IMG/VR virus record: IMGVR_UViG_3300033232_000072
Location: 1-30,374 of that record
From: a virus
Lineage: Duplodnaviria > Caudoviricetes
Reading direction: 5' to 3' (one strand)
DNA length: 30,374 nucleotides
The position numbers and the translations under genes were made by a program. The notes under the pieces were generated by a model. That model ran no database searches and was not told the DNA's origin. It worked only from the letters and a program-made list of their open reading frames with translations. Shown here piece by piece: positions 15,874-22,713 of this stretch (its first letter is position 1; each line of letters opens with the position of its first letter).

Positions 15874-16236
15874 TTAATACTCGCTGGGCAGCAGGATCGT
15901 GTTGTCGGTGAAGAAGAACTTCCACAGCCCCACAGGGGTGTCGGTGTAGTCGATGATGCGGGTGTACCCGATGTTGTAGTTACCGTCCTCACAGGTGAGT
16001 ACCGCGAGGTTGTCCTTGTCGACCCGCAGTTCGATGACCGCCAGTCCGTCTCTCATCGTGCTCAGGATTTCGGGCTGAGTAGCGATGATATCGAACAGCC
16101 AGTAGGCGCCGGCGGTCTCGGCGAAGTAGGCTACGCCGTCAGTATAAAGGATGGCTTTGTTGAGTGGGTAGCGGTACCAGTGTTCGGAGCCGGTGAAGGA
16201 TGTCAGGTCGTTGGCGAGTTCGGTTGAAGATTTCAT
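15874..16236 (-). CDS. DUF6876-like protein
   Basis: FTGSEHWYR...LYTDGVAYFAE.AGAYWL.D.I ... YTD.P ... LLPSEY signature. Confidence 0.8.
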   Translation of the reverse strand: MKSSTELANDLTSFTGSEHWYRYPLNKAILYTDGVAYFAETAGAYWLFDIIATQPEILSTMRDGLAVIELRVDKDNLAVLTCEDGNYNIGYTRIIDYTDTPVGLWKFFFTDNTILLPSEY

Positions 16237-16391
16237 GTTGTCTTCCCTTCTTGTGCGTATGTGAGCCCTGTACCGCGGGCGGGCTGCCGCTTGCTGGGTT
16301 TCCAGCCGGCTGCGCGCCAGGTTTTCTGGACGTCCGTCTTGTCGGACGGCAGGCGGTAGGCAGGGAATGTTTGGGGTTTGGTGCTAGTCAT
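16233..16391 (-). CDS. Small hypothetical protein (52 aa, MTSTKPQTF...)
   Basis: Overlaps both neighbours; TDVQKTWR.AGW.P motif. Confidence 0.55.
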   Translation of the reverse strand: MTSTKPQTFPAYRLPSDKTDVQKTWRAAGWKPSKRQPARGTGLTYAQEGKTT

Positions 16392-16821
16392 CGAATTTTC
16401 CCTCCATGAAAGGTACTGCGAGGATGGCTTTGGCCAGGGTGTCCTTGTCCACCGGGCCGCTTTGCCGGAAGAACGCCTGAGTCTTGTTGAGCAGGTACAC
16501 ACGAACTTGCCGCGGCGTGGGCTGTTGGTGGTGGGTATCGATAAGTCGCTCTCCGTACCATACGCCGAAGCTGTCAACGACCTCGTATTCCCATACACCA
16601 GGGTAGTCGCCAGTGACTCTGAGTGCTGCGTCGCATAGGTCGAGGGCGTACTCGGCGTAGGCACAGATGTCAGAGACGATGCCAATGTGTCCGCCGGGCG
16701 AGCCGCCAAGCAGATTGTCGCGGTGCTCGGTGTTGTCAGTGATGCGGGGAGAGAACAAGCCTTCGGCCATGTACGCGCCGATGATGGCGAGATTGACGTT
16801 GCGCTGCTGGGGTGTGTTCAT
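16384..16821 (-). CDS. Hypothetical protein (145 aa)
   Basis: RBS AAGGAA; part of the leftward operon. Confidence 0.75.
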   Translation of the reverse strand: MNTPQQRNVNLAIIGAYMAEGLFSPRITDNTEHRDNLLGGSPGGHIGIVSDICAYAEYALDLCDAALRVTGDYPGVWEYEVVDSFGVWYGERLIDTHHQQPTPRQVRVYLLNKTQAFFRQSGPVDKDTLAKAILAVPFMEGKFDD

Positions 16822-16830
16822 GTCAGTTCC

Positions 16831-17028
16831 TTATTTGGGGAGCCAGTATCGCGTCGCGGTAAGCCCGCTACCTTCGGGATAGTACAGCTCGGCTTTGCCC
16901 CGGACGAATCTTGACGGGGTTTTGAATAGGGAGGTGTAAGGCCAAGGTCCGGTTGGTACCGGGTGTACGTCCAGACCGCCTATGACTTTGTAGAATTCCT
17001 CCTGCGCGACTTCGGTCCAGATGTTCAT
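16831..17028 (-). CDS. Hypothetical protein (65 aa)
   Basis: ATGA overlap with the upstream gene, GGAGGA upstream. Confidence 0.65.
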   Translation of the reverse strand: MNIWTEVAQEEFYKVIGGLDVHPVPTGPWPYTSLFKTPSRFVRGKAELYYPEGSGLTATRYWLPK

Positions 17029-17327
17029 GTCCGTGTCAGTTCCTCCAAGGTGTGACGAGCCTGCTCAAGGGCAGTGAATGCCATGAGTGGGTCGATGTCC
17101 TTTCTGTTGAAAACATCCACCATCATCTGCAACTTCTCAGCCGCTGCCAGCAGCTGCGGCATCATGTTGTTGGCGAGGGCGATGAACTCGGCAGTTGCTG
17201 TGGAGGCTACGTCGTTGCATACCAGCTCGTCGGCGTCGTTGACGACTTCGTAGTAGCCTGGCGCACTCCACTTACCGCCCCTTGCCGCTTCGTATGAGGC
17301 CTTCAGTTGTTCGATCTTGGTCATCAT
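17025..17327 (-). CDS. Ead/Ea22-like protein
   Basis: IEQLKA..EAA..G.W...A.AEFIALAN..MPQLL pattern. Confidence 0.6.
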   Translation of the reverse strand: MMTKIEQLKASYEAARGGKWSAPGYYEVVNDADELVCNDVASTATAEFIALANNMMPQLLAAAEKLQMMVDVFNRKDIDPLMAFTALEQARHTLEELTRT

Positions 17328-17328
17328 G

Positions 17329-17640
17329 TCAAACCTCTACTTCCTGCCAGTCACCTAGCCACTTGACGAACGATGTAAAGCGGATAAAGGCGCCTTCATC
17401 ATCAGCAGACCTGGCTATGTCGAGCCAATAATTTCCCGCAAAATCCGACACAAGTGCCAAGCGGTAGCGAAGTACCTTAGGCTTGACGCGAAATTCAATA
17501 TACGTTGCCTCGAACAATGGGGTACTGCTGTCGGAAACGTCGCAATCGCTCCAGAAGTCTTCATCTGGATACCGCTGCTGAATTTGGGCACCATCAGCCC
17601 AGGCCTTGATGGCTTCTGCGTGTTTGCGAGGTTTATTCAT
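17329..17640 (-). CDS. Conserved phage hypothetical protein
   Basis: KPRKHAEAIKAWADGAQIQ...FRVKP...W.E motif common in proteobacterial phages; RBS GGAG. Confidence 0.75.
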   Translation of the reverse strand: MNKPRKHAEAIKAWADGAQIQQRYPDEDFWSDCDVSDSSTPLFEATYIEFRVKPKVLRYRLALVSDFAGNYWLDIARSADDEGAFIRFTSFVKWLGDWQEVEV

Positions 17641-17917
17641 GCCAATTCTCCAGGGTTATCAGTTGGGCGAGCTTGATGTTGTAGTCGCCGAAGTCGTAGT
17701 CGCGATAGCCGGAGTTGTTGCGGCTGAATTCGATCACGATCACGCCTTTTTGCACGAACTTGACCAGGCGGTTCTTGGTGCCGGGGCGCACGTTGCGATG
17801 GAACATTGTGTGCTGCAGTTCAGTGATGCTGGCGTAGCCGCTCTCGCGGTAGCTGACGGGTGGGCGGGGCGTGGGCCGAAGGTCTTTCGGGCTGAGTTTC
17901 TGGATGACGAGGCGCAT
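17633..17917 (-). CDS. Hypothetical protein (94 aa)
   Basis: Tightly packed in the leftward operon. Confidence 0.65.
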   Translation of the reverse strand: MRLVIQKLSPKDLRPTPRPPVSYRESGYASITELQHTMFHRNVRPGTKNRLVKFVQKGVIVIEFSRNNSGYRDYDFGDYNIKLAQLITLENWHE

Positions 17918-17918
17918 A

Positions 17919-18449
17919 TCAGTCTTCCGAGCTTGAGAATGCTCTCATTACTTTGTTGAAGCCGTCGACGTCATTCGTCGAGTAGTTCCAGTCCGAGATT
18001 ATGTCTTCTCCGTTGCCGGGGGTGAGGAGGATGCCGTGTTCGCGACCGTGGTTGCCGATCTGGCTACGTACGCGCAAGCTCGTCTCGTCCACCGCGAAGA
18101 TGTGCCCCATAGCGGTGGCTGGGTCGTTGGTCACGTAGATTTCTTCTTCATCCCACACGCCCACGATCTCGAAGTCTTTGCTTCCGAGGTAGCGTATCAG
18201 CTTGCCAACGCTGCGGCGCGTGAGTTCCTCGTTTGGGCCGATGTCGAGCAGGTACTTGATGCGGTTGATCGCGGTACGAATTGTGTCGCGATTGGCGTCT
18301 GTGCAAGACAGTTCCTGCACATCAGATAGTAGGCTGATGGCCAGGGCTGTTTTGCCCTCGAGCGCGAAGGTGTGCGAGCAGCAGATGGCGTCGAGCCAGT
18401 CGCTGATGTTGTTGACGCCAAACATTTGGTTGCTCTGTTCTGTGTTCAT
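17919..18449 (-). CDS. Hypothetical protein (176 aa)
   Basis: RBS GGAGAA; first gene after the promoter at 18500-18528; GNGEDIISDW motif. Confidence 0.75.
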   Translation of the reverse strand: MNTEQSNQMFGVNNISDWLDAICCSHTFALEGKTALAISLLSDVQELSCTDANRDTIRTAINRIKYLLDIGPNEELTRRSVGKLIRYLGSKDFEIVGVWDEEEIYVTNDPATAMGHIFAVDETSLRVRSQIGNHGREHGILLTPGNGEDIISDWNYSTNDVDGFNKVMRAFSSSED

Positions 18450-18499
18450 TTCATTCTCCGTGTTGTTTTGCGGGCAGGGCGTCTCTTTCAGGGCTGCGA

Positions 18500-18528
18500 A
18501 ACCTAACAGATAGCATCAGAGCTGTCAA
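18500..18528 (-). promoter_or_regulatory. Sigma70 promoter TTGACA-17-TAGGTT with TCTGA-N5-TCTGT spacer box
   Basis: Consensus -35, 17-bp spacer GCTCTGATGCTATCTGT. Confidence 0.75.
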
Positions 18529-18534
18529 ATAACC

Positions 18535-18865
18535 GTATTTTGAAAATGTTTCACTTTTTGGCCGAAAAGTGAAACATTTGAGCTGGCACGCTTTTTGATG
18601 GATGGGAATCAGTCTTATGTAAGCATTTGCTTATGAAGATCGCGATTTGTTTCGAAACAAACCGGGTGTTTTGGCCAAAGTGAAACAGAAAGTGAAACAG
18701 AGCTAAGTACTTGATTCTTATTGTTTATTTGTATTATTTATAGTCTTTGTTTCACTTGTTTCACTTTTTAAGAATAATTAAGTTAGTTTAGGAAAAATAA
18801 AAAGCTACACATAATTCCTATACCAGGATGAAGTTTGAAAAAGTGAAACATTCGAAACACTTTGG
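18535..18865. repeat. AT-rich iteron region, candidate replication origin
   Basis: Seven AGTGAAACA copies: 18547(-), 18568(+), 18679(+), 18691(+), 18748(-), 18757(-), 18842(+); 15-bp inverted repeat 18544-18579; palindrome 18646-18661; IHF-consensus match 18704-18716. Confidence 0.75.
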
Positions 18866-18931
18866 TTGCTCTATCTTGGTCGGTAGCTTTTCCCGCCGTT
18901 TGCGTCCCATAGCGGGTTGCGCGAAGCGAAG

Positions 18932-18957
18932 CGAGCGCCTGGTCGCCCAGACGCTCG
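18932..18957 (-). terminator. GC-rich hairpin (11-bp stem, GCGA loop) after the last early gene
   Basis: CGAGCGTCTGG-GCGA-CCAGGCGCTCG starting 6 nt after a stop codon; poor U-tract. Confidence 0.5.
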
Positions 18958-18963
18958 TGCTTG

Positions 18964-19074
18964 CTACTTGGTGTTGAGTTCGAGGCCGAACAGCCACGCG
19001 AGGTGGCGGTCTTTGGTTTCGATGTACCAACGAAACAGTTTCGGGTTGACGGTGCATACGTTGACGTAGTCCAT
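18964..19074 (-). CDS. Small protein (36 aa, MDYVNVCTVNPKLFRWY...)
   Basis: Translated by hand; RBS GGAGAA; flanked by hairpins. Confidence 0.6.
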   Translation of the reverse strand: MDYVNVCTVNPKLFRWYIETKDRHLAWLFGLELNTK

Positions 19075-19116
19075 GGTCGTTCTCCGTTAGCACCCGGTTA
19101 CCCGGGCGCGTTGAAC

Positions 19117-20073
19117 TTAGTGCTTGGTGATGACGACCGGGCCCGGTGCCTTCGGGTCTTGCTTCTGCTGACTTGCGACGAAGGCGAGGAACTGAGCCAT
19201 CAGTTCGCCGCTGGCGACGGTCGGTTGCGCGTGGGCGATCAGCACGCCGTTCTCGTCGACCTCGGGCGGGGTTGCTGCCTCCACCGGCACCTCGCCATCG
19301 AGCTCGACGATCGCCTTCTCGATGAAGAGGATGTCGGCCTCGGCTTCGTTGCGTTGCTCGGGGTCGGCGCGCCAGCTGAGCGACTGGCCGATCTTGACGC
19401 GACGTGCGATGAGCTTGGCGACGCAGCGCTTGGCGAGGCTGTCCATGATTCGCTCGTCGACCGGATTCTCGATCGGGTCGAGACCCTCGAGGAACTGGAC
19501 GGCGTGCTCGCCCTTGGTGGCGAAGACTTCAGCATCGCGTGCGGCGCGCAGCATTTCCTGCTCGACGTACTGAGTGCGAGTCTGCCCGTAGTTCTTCATG
19601 CCGAGGCGCATGTTCTGCGTGTACTGACGCGCGTAGTGAGCCGGGTCGGCTTTCTTCTGCGTCATCATGAACTCCATCGTGTTGAGGAGCGTGCGTTCCT
19701 CGGTCTGCGCGCTGCCGGTGGACGCGCCGAGTTCGTCGCTCATGTCGAGGAAGGTCTGGCGCAGCTCGAGGAGAGCCGCGAGGGTGCGGCGTTCCTCGTA
19801 GTAGTTGCCCGGCGTGGTGTTGACGTCGCTGACCTTGGTGGCCTCGACCAGCTCGCCGTGCTCGTCGCGCCCCGCGTACTCGACGTCGAGTTTGAGGTTG
19901 CGCTCTTCGTTGAGGAACGTCTCCATGGTCTCGGGCGTGGGGTGGTCGGGGATCAGCTTGATGGCGCGGCGAATCGCTTCGCTCGAGACCACGTACTGCA
20001 TGCTGCCGAGGCAGGCGAGCTGGCTGTAGACGTCGACGTTGGCCAGGGCTGCGAGGATGATGTGCTTGTTCAT
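19117..20073 (-). CDS. Hypothetical early protein (318 aa, acidic, helical)
   Basis: ATG of MNKHIILAAL with RBS GGAG; strong third-position GC bias. Confidence 0.8.
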   Translation of the reverse strand: MNKHIILAALANVDVYSQLACLGSMQYVVSSEAIRRAIKLIPDHPTPETMETFLNEERNLKLDVEYAGRDEHGELVEATKVSDVNTTPGNYYEERRTLAALLELRQTFLDMSDELGASTGSAQTEERTLLNTMEFMMTQKKADPAHYARQYTQNMRLGMKNYGQTRTQYVEQEMLRAARDAEVFATKGEHAVQFLEGLDPIENPVDERIMDSLAKRCVAKLIARRVKIGQSLSWRADPEQRNEAEADILFIEKAIVELDGEVPVEAATPPEVDENGVLIAHAQPTVASGELMAQFLAFVASQQKQDPKAPGPVVITKH

Positions 20074-20137
20074 GGTGATAACTCCAAAGTTATTGAGGGA
20101 TTCCCGGTTTGTCTCGCCGACCGGGTGCGACGTGGGA

Positions 20138-20338
20138 TTAACTGAAGGTGCGGCCGAAGTGCGGGTACTGCGTCCCGTCCTCTTCGTGGAAGGTGAACTC
20201 GCCCGCGGCCTCGCGCTGCATGAGGATCTCGAGCGGGTCACCCTGCTCGTCGATCGCGGCTGTGTCGTAGAGCCACTGCGCGACGTCGCCGTCGGTGGAC
20301 AGGCGCGAGGCGGGGATGCATTTCGTTGTGAGGGCCAT
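20138..20338 (-). CDS. Hypothetical protein (66 aa)
   Basis: RBS GGAGAA; GDPLEILMQRE motif. Confidence 0.7.
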   Translation of the reverse strand: MALTTKCIPASRLSTDGDVAQWLYDTAAIDEQGDPLEILMQREAAGEFTFHEEDGTQYPHFGRTFS

Positions 20339-20341
20339 GGT

Positions 20342-20485
20342 TTATTCTCCGGCGATGATGTGGTTGAGTCGGGCGAAGCGAGCCTTGGCCGCCTCGTAGT
20401 CGGTAAATTCCTCGATGCGCTCGCTGGCAGCGATGGTGAACGGCCGCGGGCCTGTACCGGCCCGCGAAAATGTGGCGTGTTTCAT
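20342..20485 (-). CDS. Hypothetical protein (47 aa, MKHATFSRAG...)
   Basis: RBS GGAG and ATGA overlap with the upstream gene. Confidence 0.6.
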   Translation of the reverse strand: MKHATFSRAGTGPRPFTIAASERIEEFTDYEAAKARFARLNHIIAGE

Positions 20486-20724
20486 GTGCGTCTCCGTAGT
20501 GTGCGAGGGATGACGAACCCCGCGAGTAGTGCAGCAAACGCTGCGGCCATGCCGCCGGTCATGGAGCCGCCGTGCAGGCTGAACACCAGCCAGAACACGG
20601 CGACTTCGATGGCGAAGGCGAGGAACATGCCGCGGATCAGCTTCGACCACATCGACCAGAGGCCGATGAAGATGATGAAGCCGTAGATCAGCGGGCCGAG
20701 GTCGAGGTGACCTAGGCCGAACAC
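20482..20724 (-). CDS. Small integral membrane protein (about 3 TM segments)
   Basis: Three hydrophobic stretches and a basic C-terminus (RTLRRRT); RBS GGGAG. Confidence 0.75.
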   Translation of the reverse strand: MFGLGHLDLGPLIYGFIIFIGLWSMWSKLIRGMFLAFAIEVAVFWLVFSLHGGSMTGGMAAAFAALLAGFVIPRTLRRRT

Positions 20725-20924
20725 GATCTGCTCCCCATTTCGGCCGCGAGTTCAGCGGCAGAGAAGGACTTGGCGCTGGGGTACAGCGCGTGCAGTCGTT
20801 GCAGGGCTTCGCGCCGGGCGTCGCGCGTCGGGGCCAGGTGGCGGACGGCGTCGAGCTGGGTGCGAAGGGTGGAGTTCTCGACGCGCAGGGCGTTGACGAG
20901 ATCGATGAGGTCTTTTTTCAGCAT
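20712..20924 (-). CDS. Hypothetical coiled-coil protein (70 aa)
   Basis: RBS GGGAG; LVNALRVENSTLRTQL heptads. Confidence 0.7.
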   Translation of the reverse strand: MLKKDLIDLVNALRVENSTLRTQLDAVRHLAPTRDARREALQRLHALYPSAKSFSAAELAAEMGSRSCSA

Positions 20925-20953
20925 GACGTACTCCCATACGTGACGAGGTAGCG

Positions 20954-20979
20954 AAAGAACCCGGAGCTCTCGCCCCGGG
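20954..20979 (-). terminator. Rho-independent terminator-like hairpin
   Basis: CCCGGGGC-GAGA-GCTCCGGG followed by TTCTTT, just after the stop at 20988. Confidence 0.6.
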
Positions 20980-20987
20980 GTGTGGTG

Positions 20988-21212
20988 TCAGATCAGGCCC
21001 TTGCGGACGGCCTCGTGGTACTGGTACGAGGTGCTGAAGGCCTTGGTGAACACGCCGACGTTCATGCGTGCGACGGGGACGACTGCGGCGAGGGCGCCGG
21101 CAACGCGTTCGGCGAAGGGCTCGCGCACCTCGTGGGTGGTGGCCTTGGTGGCCTTGGTGGCCTTGGTGGGGTTGATCTTGGCCAGTGCTGCTTGCATCTG
21201 CTTCGTGTTCAT
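20988..21212 (-). CDS. First leftward gene, basic protein with TKA repeats (74 aa)
   Basis: ATG at 21212 with GGAG; 9-bp repeat GGCCTTGGT x3 at 21141-21167. Confidence 0.65.
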   Translation of the reverse strand: MNTKQMQAALAKINPTKATKATKATTHEVREPFAERVAGALAAVVPVARMNVGVFTKAFSTSYQYHEAVRKGLI

Positions 21213-21489
21213 GGTCGCGCTCCAAAGGAAGACAGGGACAACCCCTGCACAACAACCACTCGACAACACGGACAGGTTTATCGTCCGTGTTGCTCACAGG
21301 CCATGGCGAGAGGGATTTTCGGAAGCCGGAATCCGAAACCGAATCCGAAGTGGGTGGGGTGTTTGTGAAGTGGGGCAGGGGAGGAAGCGCGGGCGTACTC
21401 AACAAAATTTCACAGAAATAATTTCCGAAGTACCCCACCCCTCTTTCCCTGGAGACTTCGCCCAAAAATTTTTGAAATTCTGTACAGGC

Positions 21490-21512
21490 TTTCTAAAACT
21501 CTCTGATACACT
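21490..21512 (+). promoter_or_regulatory. Extended -10 promoter (TGA-TACACT) with TCTAA-N5-TCTGA box before terS
   Basis: TTTCTAAAACTCTCTGA-TACACT; ATG 8 nt later, no Shine-Dalgarno; poor -35. Confidence 0.6.
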
Positions 21513-21520
21513 CTAACGCC

Positions 21521-21961
21521 ATGGCGCGAAAGAAGTCGATCCTTACCGAGAAACAAGCGGCGTATGTCGAGGGGGTCCTCGACGGGAAGCCGAAACCGCA
21601 GGCGATCGCCGAAGCGGGCTACCACCCTGACACGTCATCGACCGTGCTCGAGCGCTCGGAGTCAGTTCGTCAGGAAATCGCCACCGCGCGCGCAGAGCTC
21701 AGTTCCGCCGCCCAAGTCAAGCGCGTCGATATGGTCGAAGTGCTGATCGAGGCGATCGGCATGGCGCGAGTGATGGCGGACCCGATGGGCATGATCGCCG
21801 GCGCGAGGGAAGTCGGAAAGATGCTGGGCCTGTACGCGCCCGAAGAGAAAAAGATCGATCTCACTGTGGGCCAGGCCCGCCTGCGCACCCAGTTCGAAGG
21901 CATGAGCGACCAGGAACTCCTGGACGTCATCGAAGGGACTAGCACCCGGCTGGATAGCTAG
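21521..21961 (+). CDS. terS: Terminase small subunit
   Basis: LTEKQAAYV...QAIAEAGY HTH, then REVGKMLGLY; first gene of the packaging operon. Confidence 0.85.
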   Translation: MARKKSILTEKQAAYVEGVLDGKPKPQAIAEAGYHPDTSSTVLERSESVRQEIATARAELSSAAQVKRVDMVEVLIEAIGMARVMADPMGMIAGAREVGKMLGLYAPEEKKIDLTVGQARLRTQFEGMSDQELLDVIEGTSTRLDS

Positions 21962-21971
21962 AGGGGAACAC

Positions 21972-22235
21972 ATGAACTTCGGACACGCGCTCGCAATCCT
22001 GAAAACCGGCGGCAAGGTCACCCGCCAAGGCTGGAACGGTAAGGGGATGTTCTTGTTCCTCGTCCCCGGCAGTACGTTTCGGGTCAATCGCCCGCCGCTG
22101 CTGGGCATCTACCCGGAAGGCACCGAGGTCGACTACTGCCCTCACATCGACATCAAGAACGTAGACGGCTCGATCTCCACTTGGGTGCCGAGCATTGGCG
22201 ACGCCTTGGCCGAAGACTGGCTCGAGCTCGCCTGA
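21972..22235 (+). CDS. tad2: Thoeris anti-defence 2 (Tad2 / DUF2829) family sponge protein
   Basis: MNFG.AL..LK.G.KV.R.GWNGKGMFLFL ... IDIK..DG...W.PS..D.LAEDW, the full Tad2/DUF2829 signature; RBS GAGGGG. Confidence 0.9.
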   Translation: MNFGHALAILKTGGKVTRQGWNGKGMFLFLVPGSTFRVNRPPLLGIYPEGTEVDYCPHIDIKNVDGSISTWVPSIGDALAEDWLELA

Positions 22236-22237
22236 CC

Positions 22238-22480
22238 ATGCCCTACTTCCGCAAAATCCCCGTCGTCATCGAGGCCGTCCAGTGGTTCAAGGACGGCGAC
22301 CACCCTGCGGTGTTCGTCCACACGACCGGCGGCCAGGTCTGGGTGAATGGTCAGTCCTACGTCGAGACCCTCGAGGGCCGGCACCTCGTCACTCCCGGCG
22401 ACTGGATCATCAAGGGCGTCAAGGGCGAGTTCTATCCATGCAAGCCCGACATCTTCGCCCTGACCTACGTGGAGGCCTAA
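22238..22480 (+). CDS. Probable nucleotide-signal sponge (Acb4-like; RK.PVVIEA / TLEG / PGDWIIKGVKGEFYPCKPDIF family)
   Basis: 80-aa member of a very widespread phage family; the Acb4 link is from memory of the family and needs an HMM check; starts 2 nt after the tad2 stop. Confidence 0.6.
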   Translation: MPYFRKIPVVIEAVQWFKDGDHPAVFVHTTGGQVWVNGQSYVETLEGRHLVTPGDWIIKGVKGEFYPCKPDIFALTYVEA

Positions 22481-22713
22481 TGACCCAGCTCGAACTCCAG
22501 CTCAACCCGAAGTTCACCCTCGACACCCTCGTCGACACCTGCGCCGCGTTCGAGCGCGATCACGGCTTCCCGCTCAAGCGCCTCACCCTGGCCCGCAGCA
22601 GCTACGACGAGCTGTTGAAGGACCTGCCGCTCGGCGCGGCGTTGTACGCGGCCGAGCACGGGCTGCCCATCTTCAACGGCGTCGAGATCGAGGTGTATGG
22701 CGGTCCAGGCTAA
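22480..22713 (+). CDS. Hypothetical protein (77 aa, MTQLELQLNPKF...)
   Basis: TAATG coupling to the upstream gene, GGAGG RBS, overlaps the terL start. Confidence 0.7.
   Translation: MTQLELQLNPKFTLDTLVDTCAAFERDHGFPLKRLTLARSSYDELLKDLPLGAALYAAEHGLPIFNGVEIEVYGGPG

Noticed and set aside
18535-18865. CRISPR array
   Set aside because: Repeats are only 9-12 bp, occur in both orientations and are irregularly spaced; no repeat-spacer period.
18961-20145. 394-aa + strand ORF
   Set aside because: Antisense shadow of the - strand gene that has the RBS and codon bias; such shadows are expected at high GC.
20482-20724. Holin
   Set aside because: Topology fits, but it lies in the early leftward operon with no endolysin nearby.
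21141-21167. 9-bp tandem repeat as a contingency locus
   Set aside because: In-frame (TKA x3), so copy-number change would not switch expression.
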